From an uncultured Deinococcales bacterium (GTDB lineage Bacteria > Deinococcota > Deinococci > Deinococcales > JAAFIG01): a stretch of 56,287 bases of DNA. The DNA is taken from positions 1 to 56,287 of the forward strand of contig CAXTKV010000005.1 in assembly GCA_964244895.1 (NCBI GenBank), given 5' to 3'. The notes beneath the pieces are model-generated. The model had not been told where the DNA came from. It saw nothing but the letters and a program-made list of their open reading frames with translations, and made no database searches. A program made the position numbers and the translations under genes. Of this stretch, positions 47,454-56,287 are shown in pieces (positions within the stretch are counted from its first letter, which is position 1; every line of letters begins with the position of its first letter).

Positions 47454-48386
47454 GTGAGCCTTATGGAAATGTCGCATCGATCATCCGACCGCTCGACTGG
47501 GCAACGGGGGAAATCGCGCACGGATCCCTTCCGATGGGTGTTGCTCCTGCCAGCATTGGTGGTGATCAGCGCAACGGTCGTCTACCCGATGGTCTCGTCT
47601 CTCGTCACTTCGTTCCGCGATTGGCGGTTGATCAACTCGCCCAACCCCGGCCCGTTCGTGGGCTTCGAGAACTACGCCCGCGCGTTCAGCGACGCGGGGT
47701 TCCTGAACAGTCTCCGGGTCAGCGGGCTGTACGTGGTGCTCTCGGTTTCAATCGCGCTGACGCTGGGTCTCTCGATCGCACTCTTACTCTCCAAACCGAC
47801 CCGCCTCAACACCTTCGCCAGGGCGCTGTTGATCTTTCCATTCGCTGTGGCTCCGCTGCTCAAGGGCTACAGCTGGCGTTTCATGCTTCACCCCGAGTAC
47901 GGGATCTACTCGCAGTTGGTGGGCACCCTCGTCCCGGCGCTCAAGGGGTACTTGTGGCTCGGCAACGACTTCAGCGCCCTGTTGGTGATCGCGCTGTCTG
48001 AGGTTTGGGGCTGGGCACCGCTGTTCGCGCTGATGTTTATCGGGGCTCTCGGCTCGATCCCCAGCGAAATCAACGAGGCGGCGCGCGTGGACGGCGCGAC
48101 CAACTGGCACATCTTCTGGAAGATCACGCTGCCGCTGCTCGCGCCAGTGGTCTACATCGTGACGCTCTTGAAGATCATCTCGTCGCTCAAGATGTTCGAC
48201 CAGGTGGTGATCATGACGGGCGGCGGCCCCGGAAATTCCACCCAGACCCTCTACTACTACATCTATCAGGTGGCCTTCCGCAACCTGGACATGGGCTACG
48301 CGTCGGCAATCTCGTACATCCTGGTGCTGGTGATGGGACTGTTCGCATTCTTATACGTCCGGGTACTGCTGCGGGGGAAAAGCTGA
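47454..48386 (+). CDS. Sugar ABC transporter permease
   Basis: FVGFENY, EAARVDGA, MTGGGPG. Confidence 0.92.
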   Translation: MSLMEMSHRSSDRSTGQRGKSRTDPFRWVLLLPALVVISATVVYPMVSSLVTSFRDWRLINSPNPGPFVGFENYARAFSDAGFLNSLRVSGLYVVLSVSIALTLGLSIALLLSKPTRLNTFARALLIFPFAVAPLLKGYSWRFMLHPEYGIYSQLVGTLVPALKGYLWLGNDFSALLVIALSEVWGWAPLFALMFIGALGSIPSEINEAARVDGATNWHIFWKITLPLLAPVVYIVTLLKIISSLKMFDQVVIMTGGGPGNSTQTLYYYIYQVAFRNLDMGYASAISYILVLVMGLFAFLYVRVLLRGKS

Positions 48387-49216
48387 TGCAACCCCCGATC
48401 TGGCGCAAACGGCTAGGGCAGGGAGCCGAAACCCTCGCCAGCTTGGCGGTGATCCTCTTCGTGCTGTTCCCGCTGGTCTGGATCGCGCTGGCTTCATTGA
48501 AGAACCAGGTGGACGTGTACTCCACGCGCTTGCTGTTCCAGCCGACCCTGGAGAACTTCAAAGCCATCTTCTCCGACCCGATCCTTCTGGGTCCGAAGGT
48601 CTGGGTGAGCGTGCTGGTCACCTTGGCCACCGTCGCCATCACGGTTCCACTGGCCGCCGCTGCCGCCTACGTGATCTCGAGGCACAATTTTCGGGGACGC
48701 GATTCGCTGTTCGTGGCGATCCTGGTGACCCAGTTCGTTCCGGCGGTGGTGGTGGCGATCCCGTTCTTCACGCTGTTCCGGTCTATTGGGCTGATCGACA
48801 ATCCCGTGGCGTTGATCATCATCTACTTGTCGTTCACGCTGCCCTATGCCATCTGGATGCTGCGCGGGTTCTTCGACGCGCTGCCGGTCGAGATCGACGA
48901 GGCGGCCTACATCGATGGCTGCAACGAGTTGCAGGTGCTGCGGTACGTGACGATGCCGCTGGTGATGCCGGGCATCCTCGTCTCGGCGGTGTTCGCCTTC
49001 ATCTCGGCCTGGAACGAATTCTTCTTCGCGCTGATTTTGACGCGCTCGGATTCTTTGACCCTACCGGTGGGCATCCAGACGATCACTGGAGTGCGCGGGC
49101 CGATGTGGGAGCAACTGGCGGCAGGCGGGATGATCGTGCTGGTGCCGATCCTGGTGATGTCGCTCTTCGTTCGCCGCTACTTCGTCGAAGGGATCACGGT
49201 CGGGGCGGTCAAGTGA
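48386..49216 (+). CDS. Sugar ABC transporter permease
   Basis: ATG overlapping upstream TGA; EIDEAAYIDG, AWNEF, GAVK. Confidence 0.92.
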   Translation: MQPPIWRKRLGQGAETLASLAVILFVLFPLVWIALASLKNQVDVYSTRLLFQPTLENFKAIFSDPILLGPKVWVSVLVTLATVAITVPLAAAAAYVISRHNFRGRDSLFVAILVTQFVPAVVVAIPFFTLFRSIGLIDNPVALIIIYLSFTLPYAIWMLRGFFDALPVEIDEAAYIDGCNELQVLRYVTMPLVMPGILVSAVFAFISAWNEFFFALILTRSDSLTLPVGIQTITGVRGPMWEQLAAGGMIVLVPILVMSLFVRRYFVEGITVGAVK

Positions 49217-49423
49217 GGCCGCGAGCCAGGCGTTCAGGGGCGACCGCGAGACCACGGCCCTGGATGCCGCATTCAACGGGTACGAGCACTGCCGCGTAGG
49301 GCCGTGTCTCGAGAAGCCTTCTCCCCGAAAGGGCGACACGCTAACATTCCCGAGCGACGATCGAGCGGCACACCCCGACGTTATTTTCTCCTCACGACAA
49401 TCTCCTCAAAGTGAGAACCACAC

Positions 49424-50593
49424 ATGGCTGTCAAACCGACCAGATCATCGCGCCAGCGAGGCGACCGCAAAACAGCAGCGGTCTCGGGACGGGGGCTGGA
49501 ACCGCAGGCGAGCATGAGCAAAAGCGTCCGGCCCCCCGCACGCCCCGTCATCGATTTCGCGGATCGGCCCGACATCAGGGTCTTTGAGGACGCCGCCCAC
49601 ACCGGACGCCGACAACCGATGGAGGGTTTCGATGCCGACTACGTGGACATCGTGGATTACATCGTGCGCTGCACGCACAAGATCTGGGAGGAGAAGGGCA
49701 TCGGCCTGATCTACACGCACTATTCGCACAACTGCATCGTGCATTACTCAAGCGGCACCATGTACGGGCGCGAGGCCATGGTCAACAACACGATCCAGCG
49801 CGTCGCGGCCTTTTCCGAACGTCGAGCCTTTGCCGACGACGTGATCTGGAGCGGTGACGAGACCGAGGGTTTTTACTCCTCGCACCGCGTGGCGAGCGTC
49901 GGCACGAACACCGGTTACACCGAGCACGGGCCGCCGACTGGACGCAAGGTGTTTCGCTGGGGCGTGGCCGACTGCCTGATTCTCAAAAATAAAATCGTCG
50001 AGGAATGGCTGGCCTCCGACGGCGTGACCGAGCTCCGCCAGATGGGCTACGACCCGCTCGCGTTGGCCCATAGCGCTGTCCTGCCGGTACGGTCGTACGC
50101 GCACGGCGAGATCGACCGCTGGCCCACCGGGCAGCACGCGCCCGAGTTCCACGACGTGCCGACGCTCGAGAACCCTCGGGCGTTCGTCCGGGCGGTGCTC
50201 TTGAACCTCTGGAACGCCAGATTGGTCAACACGGTGCGCGCCCATTACGCGCCGGGACACGTGGCCTTCGTACCGGGTGGGCGTAAGCTCTACGGCTTCG
50301 GCGATTACGAGAATTTCGCGATCACGCTGATGGCTTCGTTCCCGGATCTGTCGATGACCATCGACCACCAGTGCCACCTCGGCGACGAGCTGCGAGGCTA
50401 CCGGGTGGCGACGCGCTTCACGCTTCAGGGCACGCACGAGGGCTACGGGCCGTACGGCGCGCCCACCGGACGGCGCATCTTCTTGATCGGCATCAACCAC
50501 CACGTCATCAAAAACGGCAAGATCGTGCAGGAGTGGATGGTCTTCGACGAGTTCGCGCTCTTGAAGCAGCTCTATGCCCGCCTGGAGGACTGA
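49424..50593 (+). CDS. SnoaL-like/NTF2 'ester cyclase' double-domain protein, paralogue 1
   Basis: Two NTF2-like halves: TGYTEHGPPTGRKV..KIVEEW and SFPDL..GTHEGYGPYGAPTGR..GKIVQEW. Confidence 0.82.
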   Translation: MAVKPTRSSRQRGDRKTAAVSGRGLEPQASMSKSVRPPARPVIDFADRPDIRVFEDAAHTGRRQPMEGFDADYVDIVDYIVRCTHKIWEEKGIGLIYTHYSHNCIVHYSSGTMYGREAMVNNTIQRVAAFSERRAFADDVIWSGDETEGFYSSHRVASVGTNTGYTEHGPPTGRKVFRWGVADCLILKNKIVEEWLASDGVTELRQMGYDPLALAHSAVLPVRSYAHGEIDRWPTGQHAPEFHDVPTLENPRAFVRAVLLNLWNARLVNTVRAHYAPGHVAFVPGGRKLYGFGDYENFAITLMASFPDLSMTIDHQCHLGDELRGYRVATRFTLQGTHEGYGPYGAPTGRRIFLIGINHHVIKNGKIVQEWMVFDEFALLKQLYARLED

Positions 50594-50595
50594 CC

Positions 50596-51711
50596 ATGCA
50601 AGAACCGGAAAATCAGAAACTCGAGACGCAGAAAGTCGAGGCCAAACCGGCGGTCTTCGACTTCGCCGACCGGCCCGACATCAAGGCTTTCGAGGACGCC
50701 GCCCACACCGGACGCCGACAACCGATGGAGGGCTTCGACGCCGACTACGTGGACATCGTGGATTACATCGTGCGCTGCACCCACAAGATCTGGGAGGAGA
50801 AGGGCATTGGCCTGATCTATACGCACTACGCCCACAACGCCATCGTTCATTCTTCCCACGGCGTGGTCTATGGCCGCGAGGCGGTGGTTCGAAACACCCT
50901 GCAAAGCCAAGCCATGACCGCCGACCTGCGGGTCTACGCCGACGACGTGATCTGGAGCGGCAACGAGACGGACGGCTTCTACAGCTCTCACCGGGTCTTC
51001 GACACCAGCACCCACACGGGCTACTCCGAATTCGGTCCCCCGACGGGCCGCAAGTTTCAGCGTTGGGTGATCGCCGATTGCTTGATCCTCAAGAACCTGA
51101 TCGTCGAGGAGTGGCTGGTCTACGACGCGACGGCCAGCATGCGACAGATCGGTCTCGACCCGCTCGAGTTGGCGCACAAGACCGTGCTGGCCGATTCCTT
51201 CGACACGAACGGCGAGATCGACCGCTGGCCCACCGGGCAGCACGCGCCCGAGTTCCACGACGTGCCCTCACCCGACGACCCACAGGGCTTCGTTCGAGCG
51301 ATTCTCCTCAACCTCTGGAACGCCAGATTGGTCAACATGGTCCGCGCCCACTACGTGCCGGGGCACGTGGCCTTCGTGCCGGGCGGACGTAAGCTCTATG
51401 GCTTCGGCGACTACGAGAACTTCGTGATCACCTTGATGGCCTCGTTTCCCGATCTGGCGCTGACCATCGATCACCAGTGCCACCTCGGGAGCGCGGCTCG
51501 AGGCTACCGTGTGGCGACGCGCTTCACGCTTCAGGGCACGCACGAGGGCTACGGGCCTTACGGCGCACCAACGGGCCGCCGCATCTTCCTGATCTGCTTC
51601 AGCCACCACGTCATCAAGGAAGGCCGGATTGTCCAGGAGTGGACGCTGTTCGACGAGTTCGCGCTGCTGAAACAGCTCTTTGCTCGCCGGGGAGAACATC
51701 GTGGCGTCTGA
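50596..51711 (+). CDS. SnoaL-like double-domain protein, paralogue 2
   Basis: Highly similar to paralogue 1; RBS GGAGG, ATG 50596. Confidence 0.82.
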   Translation: MQEPENQKLETQKVEAKPAVFDFADRPDIKAFEDAAHTGRRQPMEGFDADYVDIVDYIVRCTHKIWEEKGIGLIYTHYAHNAIVHSSHGVVYGREAVVRNTLQSQAMTADLRVYADDVIWSGNETDGFYSSHRVFDTSTHTGYSEFGPPTGRKFQRWVIADCLILKNLIVEEWLVYDATASMRQIGLDPLELAHKTVLADSFDTNGEIDRWPTGQHAPEFHDVPSPDDPQGFVRAILLNLWNARLVNMVRAHYVPGHVAFVPGGRKLYGFGDYENFVITLMASFPDLALTIDHQCHLGSAARGYRVATRFTLQGTHEGYGPYGAPTGRRIFLICFSHHVIKEGRIVQEWTLFDEFALLKQLFARRGEHRGV

Positions 51712-52783
51712 ACGCGAGGAGCGCGCCTCGCTGATGGTGGATCGGCGCGACATTGGCGTCTTCATGGTGCAGGCCGACACGGGCCGCAGGCAGGGACTCG
51801 AGGGCTTCGACCCGGATTACACGGACATCGTGGACTACATCATCCGTTGCACGCACAAGATCTGGGAAGAAAAGGGCATCGGGTTGATCTACACGCACTA
51901 CGCGCACAACACGCCCGTCCACCTCACGGACGCCGAGTACTACGGGCGCGATCAGGTCGTCGAGAACACGGTTCGCACGCTCGCGGCCTTCCCGGACCTG
52001 CGCCTCTTCGGGGACGAGGTGATCTGGTGCGGCAACGATCAGGACGGCTTCCACAGCTCGCACCGGGTGACGTGGAGCGGGCACAACCTGGGCCACAGCC
52101 CCTATGGCCCTCCGACCGGGCGGCGCGTGCAGCGGCGCGAGATCGCGCACTGCCTCGTGCGGCAGAACCGCATCGTCGAAGAGTGGATCGTTCACGACGA
52201 GACGGCCCTGATCCGGCAGCTCGGGCTGGACGAGGTGGAACTCGCCAAATCGTTGGCGCTCGAGGAGGCCGCGCGGGGCGTCCAGCCCTACGCCAGCGGC
52301 CTGGGCGAGGTCTCGCGGTTAAGCGGTCAGCTCCACCCGCCGGTCCGGCTCGAGGGCGATCCCAGAAACCCGGACGCACTGCCGGGTCTCCTCTACAACC
52401 TCGTCTGGAACGCGCGGATGCTCAATTACATCAACGACTACTACGCCCCGGACGCCGTGGTGTGGGTTCCCGGCAACCGCCGTCTCGAGGGGCACGGCGA
52501 TCTCACCCACTACGTCTTGCAGATGCTCGCGGCCTTCCCGGACGGGGCGATGAGCCTCGACCACGTGGCCTGGGTGGGGAGCGAGGCCGCAGGCTACAAG
52601 GTCGCGGCCCGCTGGACGTTCCAGGGGACGCACCACGGGCCGAGCGCCTATGGCGCTCCCACCGGCAGGCGCGTCCGCATCATGGGCATCAGCCATCTCG
52701 AGGTGCGAGAGGGTCGGATCGAGCGCGAGTACATGGTCTGGAACGAGTTCGCCCTGCTCAAGCAGATTCATTGGCCGTCGTGA
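51701..52783 (+). CDS. SnoaL-like double-domain protein, paralogue 3
   Basis: Shared DIVDYIIRCTHKIWEEKGIGLIYTHY; AAFPD, GPPTGR; GTG start with GGAG. Confidence 0.82.
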   Translation: MASEREERASLMVDRRDIGVFMVQADTGRRQGLEGFDPDYTDIVDYIIRCTHKIWEEKGIGLIYTHYAHNTPVHLTDAEYYGRDQVVENTVRTLAAFPDLRLFGDEVIWCGNDQDGFHSSHRVTWSGHNLGHSPYGPPTGRRVQRREIAHCLVRQNRIVEEWIVHDETALIRQLGLDEVELAKSLALEEAARGVQPYASGLGEVSRLSGQLHPPVRLEGDPRNPDALPGLLYNLVWNARMLNYINDYYAPDAVVWVPGNRRLEGHGDLTHYVLQMLAAFPDGAMSLDHVAWVGSEAAGYKVAARWTFQGTHHGPSAYGAPTGRRVRIMGISHLEVREGRIEREYMVWNEFALLKQIHWPS

Positions 52784-52849
52784 GCGATTTCGTGACCCAG
52801 CCTCGAGCCATGCGCTGTTCCCAGGAGCCCCATGTTTCCGGGAGACCCC

Positions 52850-53593
52850 GTGAAGATTGACCTCTCGGGTCAAACCGCTCTGGTGACAGGGGCCAGCCGG
52901 GGCATCGGTCGGGCCATCGCGCTGGGTCTGGCACAAGCCGGGGCGAGGGTGGTGCTGATGAGCCGGGACCGGCGCAGCCTGGAGGCTGTGGCCGACGAGC
53001 TCACCGCCAGCGGCGGCCTGGCGGACGTCGTCCCGTGCGATGTGAACGACGTGCGGGCTGTGGCTCGAGCCGTCGCCGCCCTGTCGCGGCTGGATATCCT
53101 CGTCAACAACGCCGGAACCAACGTGCCAGAGCCCTTCACCGAGGTCAGTGAGGATCACTTCGACCGGATCGTGAACCTGAACCTGAAGGCTGCGTTCTTC
53201 GTGGCGCAGGCCGCTGTCAAGAAGATGCTCGAGGGCGGCGGGGGTGTGATCGTCAACGTCACCTCCCAGATGGGCCATGTGGGGGCGGCCAACCGCACCG
53301 TCTACTGCGCCAGCAAGCACGCCCTGGAGGGGTTGACTAAGGCGTTGGCCGTCGAACTGGCTCCGCACCGCATCCGGGTGGTCAGCGTCGCGCCGACCTT
53401 CATCGAGACGGACATGACCCGGCCCATGCTGGCCGAGAGCCAGTTCGAGCAATCCGTCCTGTCCAGAATCCCGCTCGGCCAGATGGGTCAACCGCAGGAC
53501 GTGGCGAACGCGGTGGTGTTTCTGGCGTCTTCGCAGGCCAACTTCGTCACCGGAGCCAGCCTGCTCGTGGATGGGGGCTGGACCGCCCAGTAA
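52850..53593 (+). CDS. SDR oxidoreductase
   Basis: TGASRGIG, NNAG, SQMGHVG, YCASK, VAPTFIET, DGGWTAQ. Confidence 0.9.
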   Translation: MKIDLSGQTALVTGASRGIGRAIALGLAQAGARVVLMSRDRRSLEAVADELTASGGLADVVPCDVNDVRAVARAVAALSRLDILVNNAGTNVPEPFTEVSEDHFDRIVNLNLKAAFFVAQAAVKKMLEGGGGVIVNVTSQMGHVGAANRTVYCASKHALEGLTKALAVELAPHRIRVVSVAPTFIETDMTRPMLAESQFEQSVLSRIPLGQMGQPQDVANAVVFLASSQANFVTGASLLVDGGWTAQ

Positions 53594-53652
53594 TCGGCCT
53601 CTCGAGAAACCAGGCTGAGCCTCGTTCTTTGATCCAGTCGAAAAGGAGCGGT

Positions 53653-54924
53653 ATGGAATACCTCAAGAAAGCCCCGCCACAAGCCCCTTCGGTGTCACGA
53701 GAGATTCGGGATACCGTTTCGCAGATCATCTCGGACGTGGAACGCGAGGGGATCGCGGCGGTGCGGCGCTACAGCGAACGGTTCGACGGTTGGAACCCGC
53801 CCTCCTTCCGCCTGTCGGCCCGCGAGATCGAGGAGAGCTTGAGCGCGGTCGATGCCGCCACCACCCGCCCCATCGATTTCGCGGTCGAGCAGGTCAAGAA
53901 ATTCGCTTCGTTGCAGCGCGCGACCCTGACCGATTTCGAGACCGAAACCCTGCCCGGCGTGACCCTGGGCCAGAAGCAGATCCCGGTCAGCGCGGTGGGT
54001 TCATACATTCCCGGCGGACGCTACCCGATCATGGCCTCGGCGGCGATGACCGTCGCCGTGCCCAAGGTGGCCGGGGTCAAGCGCGTGGTCGCCGCCGCAC
54101 CGGTCCAGAGGGGCACCAGAGGCGTGAACCCGGCCCAGCTTTATGGGATCGTCAAGAGCGGTGCCGACGAGATTTTTTCCATCGGCGGGGCGCAGGCGAT
54201 GGCGGCGATGGCCTTCGGCCTCGAGGACAGCCCGCCGCTCGAGCCGGTGGACATGATCGTCGGCGCGGGCAACGCTTACGTGGCTGAGGCCAAGCGCCAG
54301 CTCTTCGGCGTGGTCGGGATCGACCTGCTGGCTGGCCCGACCGAGATTTGCGTTCTGGCCGATGACTCCGCCGACCCCGAGGTGGTGGCCGCCGACCTGT
54401 TGGCCCAGGCGGAGCACGGAACCAACTCCCAATCGGTCCTGGTGACCACCTCGCGGTCGTTGGCGGAGGCGGCGGCCAAAGAGATCGACCGCCAACTCGG
54501 CGTCTTGCCGACGGCGGATGCGGCGGGGCAGTCCTGGCGCGATCTGGGCGAGATTATCCTGGTGGAATCGGACGAGGAGATGCTCAGGGTCTCCGACCGG
54601 ATCGCCTCGGAGCACCTCGAAGTGCAGACGCGCAACCCCGAATGGTATCTGGCCCGCCTGACCAATTACGGCTCGTTGTTCCTGGGCCACAACGCCACCG
54701 TGGTCTACGGCGACAAGGGCATCGGAACCAACCACGTCCTGCCCACCAGCCGCGCCGCCCGCTACACGGGCGGTTTGTGGGTCGGCAAGTTCATCAAGAC
54801 CGTCACCTGGCAGACCGCCACAGCTGCCGGGAACCTCCAGGTGGCCCCCTACGCGGTCGCCATGGCCGAGCGCGAGGGCATGGTCGGGCACGCGGCATCG
54901 GCCCGGTTGCGGTTGAAGGATTGA
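53653..54924 (+). CDS. hisD: Histidinol dehydrogenase family, HpsN-like, copy 2
   Basis: Same motifs as copy 1; RBS AAGGAG. Confidence 0.85.
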   Translation: MEYLKKAPPQAPSVSREIRDTVSQIISDVEREGIAAVRRYSERFDGWNPPSFRLSAREIEESLSAVDAATTRPIDFAVEQVKKFASLQRATLTDFETETLPGVTLGQKQIPVSAVGSYIPGGRYPIMASAAMTVAVPKVAGVKRVVAAAPVQRGTRGVNPAQLYGIVKSGADEIFSIGGAQAMAAMAFGLEDSPPLEPVDMIVGAGNAYVAEAKRQLFGVVGIDLLAGPTEICVLADDSADPEVVAADLLAQAEHGTNSQSVLVTTSRSLAEAAAKEIDRQLGVLPTADAAGQSWRDLGEIILVESDEEMLRVSDRIASEHLEVQTRNPEWYLARLTNYGSLFLGHNATVVYGDKGIGTNHVLPTSRAARYTGGLWVGKFIKTVTWQTATAAGNLQVAPYAVAMAEREGMVGHAASARLRLKD

Positions 54925-55205
54925 GTTTCTCTTCAGCCGGACTCGAGCGAACCCAAGCCGTGTGCAACGACCTCGAATAAGGACACGCCCCCGAACTCGC
55001 CGCGCTCGGCATCTGGAACGTCCCGACTCGAGGAACACAGCGACGAGAACACCGTGCAGGACACTGATGCAATTTTGCGTGCTGGACGGTGTTCTCGAGC
55101 CTCAAAGTCAATCCCTCGGATCGATTGAGGTTCAGCCGATGATGTCTCCACATAAGTCACCTGTCGCAACAAGAGACTGACCTAAAAACGACCAGGTTCT
55201 CGAGC

Positions 55206-55218
55206 TTGGCTAGACCAA
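55206..55218. promoter_or_regulatory. Possible GntR/FadR-type operator upstream of the nitrilase-family gene
   Basis: Imperfect palindrome TTGGCTAGACCAA. Confidence 0.35.
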
Positions 55219-55309
55219 CGATCTCCTTGGCGCGCCTTTTCGGTCTGCTCGCCGAACCCTGCGCTCGGCTTCAAGACCCTCCGTTCCACACGCTGAATAA
55301 GGAGCTGAC

Positions 55310-56224
55310 ATGTCACGAGTTCTTCCTGTGGCCGTGGTCCAGGAGCTGCCCTGCCGGATGGATGAACCACTGAACCGCTTCTCTGAGCACGCGCAGGCGC
55401 TGGTGGCCGCGTTCCCGCAGGTTCGGTTGATCGTCTACCCCGAACTTCACCTGTTCGGCTCCGACACCCCCTTGAAGAAAGAGGCCCTCAACGACAGCGC
55501 GCAATTGTTGTCCGGCCCCCGCATGAAGGCGCTGGGCGAACTGGCGGCAGACCTGGGCGTGTGGTTGGTGCCGGGCAGCGTCTGCGAAAGAGGCCCGCAA
55601 GGGCAGCTCTTCAACACGGCCCTCGCCTTCTCCCCCGATGGCGAGCTGGCCGCGTGGTACCGCAAGGTGTTTCCGTGGCGTCCCTACGAACCGTTCGATC
55701 CGGGCGACCGCTTCGTGACCTTTGAAATCGGCGGCATCGGCAGGGCTGGCTTTTCCATCTGCTACGACGCCTGGTTTCCCGAAGTCACCCGGCATCTGGC
55801 CTGGATGGGGGCCGAGGTCGTGCTGAACCTGGTGAAAACGACGACCTGCGACCGCGCTCAGGAGCTGGTGTTGGCGCGAGCGAACGCGATCGTCAACCAG
55901 GTCTTTGTGGTCAGCGTGAACTGCGCGGGGCCGACTGGCACGGGCCAGAGTCTGATTGTGGACCCCGAAGGGCTGGTCAGGGTGGCGGCCAGCGGGGCCG
56001 AACGCACCGTCCTGACCGATGTGCTCGATCTGGATCACGTCGCGCGCGTGCGCCGCTTCGGCACAGCGGGGCTGACCAGGATGTGGGATCAGTTTCAGCC
56101 CAGCGATCGACCGTTATCGCTGCCGCTGTACGAGGGAAGAATCGATCCGCGACGCTGGAATCCGCATCACCACCAGCTCACGACGGATCCCCAGGATCCG
56201 GAGAATCTAAGGAGTGATCTGTAG
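55310..56224 (+). CDS. Carbon-nitrogen hydrolase (nitrilase/amidase family)
   Basis: Triad YPE, YRK, ICYD; ARANA, G.GQSLIVDPEG. Confidence 0.92.
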   Translation: MSRVLPVAVVQELPCRMDEPLNRFSEHAQALVAAFPQVRLIVYPELHLFGSDTPLKKEALNDSAQLLSGPRMKALGELAADLGVWLVPGSVCERGPQGQLFNTALAFSPDGELAAWYRKVFPWRPYEPFDPGDRFVTFEIGGIGRAGFSICYDAWFPEVTRHLAWMGAEVVLNLVKTTTCDRAQELVLARANAIVNQVFVVSVNCAGPTGTGQSLIVDPEGLVRVAASGAERTVLTDVLDLDHVARVRRFGTAGLTRMWDQFQPSDRPLSLPLYEGRIDPRRWNPHHHQLTTDPQDPENLRSDL

Positions 56225-56287
56225 GTGGGTCGTGACAACCCGTCGATACCGTTGGCGAACTCACGCATACCTCGAGAAAACAGCGTC

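Overview
GC-rich bacterial accessory region. The host is probably Deinococcota, inferred from a TPR-BTAD regulator, a GGWTSWS-repeat S8 lipoprotein, leaderless-type starts and very frequent CTCGAG. Cargo modules are separated by IS debris (IS5, ISL3, IS3 x3, IS30) and one intact-looking IS630. The modules are: a secreted multi-Ig protein with a heme peroxidase; TetR/epimerase; LacI-ABC-GH127; LysR/IMPase/F420 reductase; an 8-gene polyol/sugar catabolic operon with ROK repressor; an S8 protease; GntR/FAD oxidoreductase/FGGY kinase; a ~14.6 kb divergent LacI cluster (two HisD/HpsN-like dehydrogenases, three SnoaL-like paralogues, cupin, MetE-like enzyme, HpcH aldolase); and a nitrilase-family gene. 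The most striking signal is a family of 37-39 bp structured micro-insertions with core GCACCTGACGGGC. All seven copies found by eye interrupt transposase genes of three unrelated IS families at conserved motifs, one is nested in another, and their differences show base-pair covariation. Annotation is by eye; no database searches were run.
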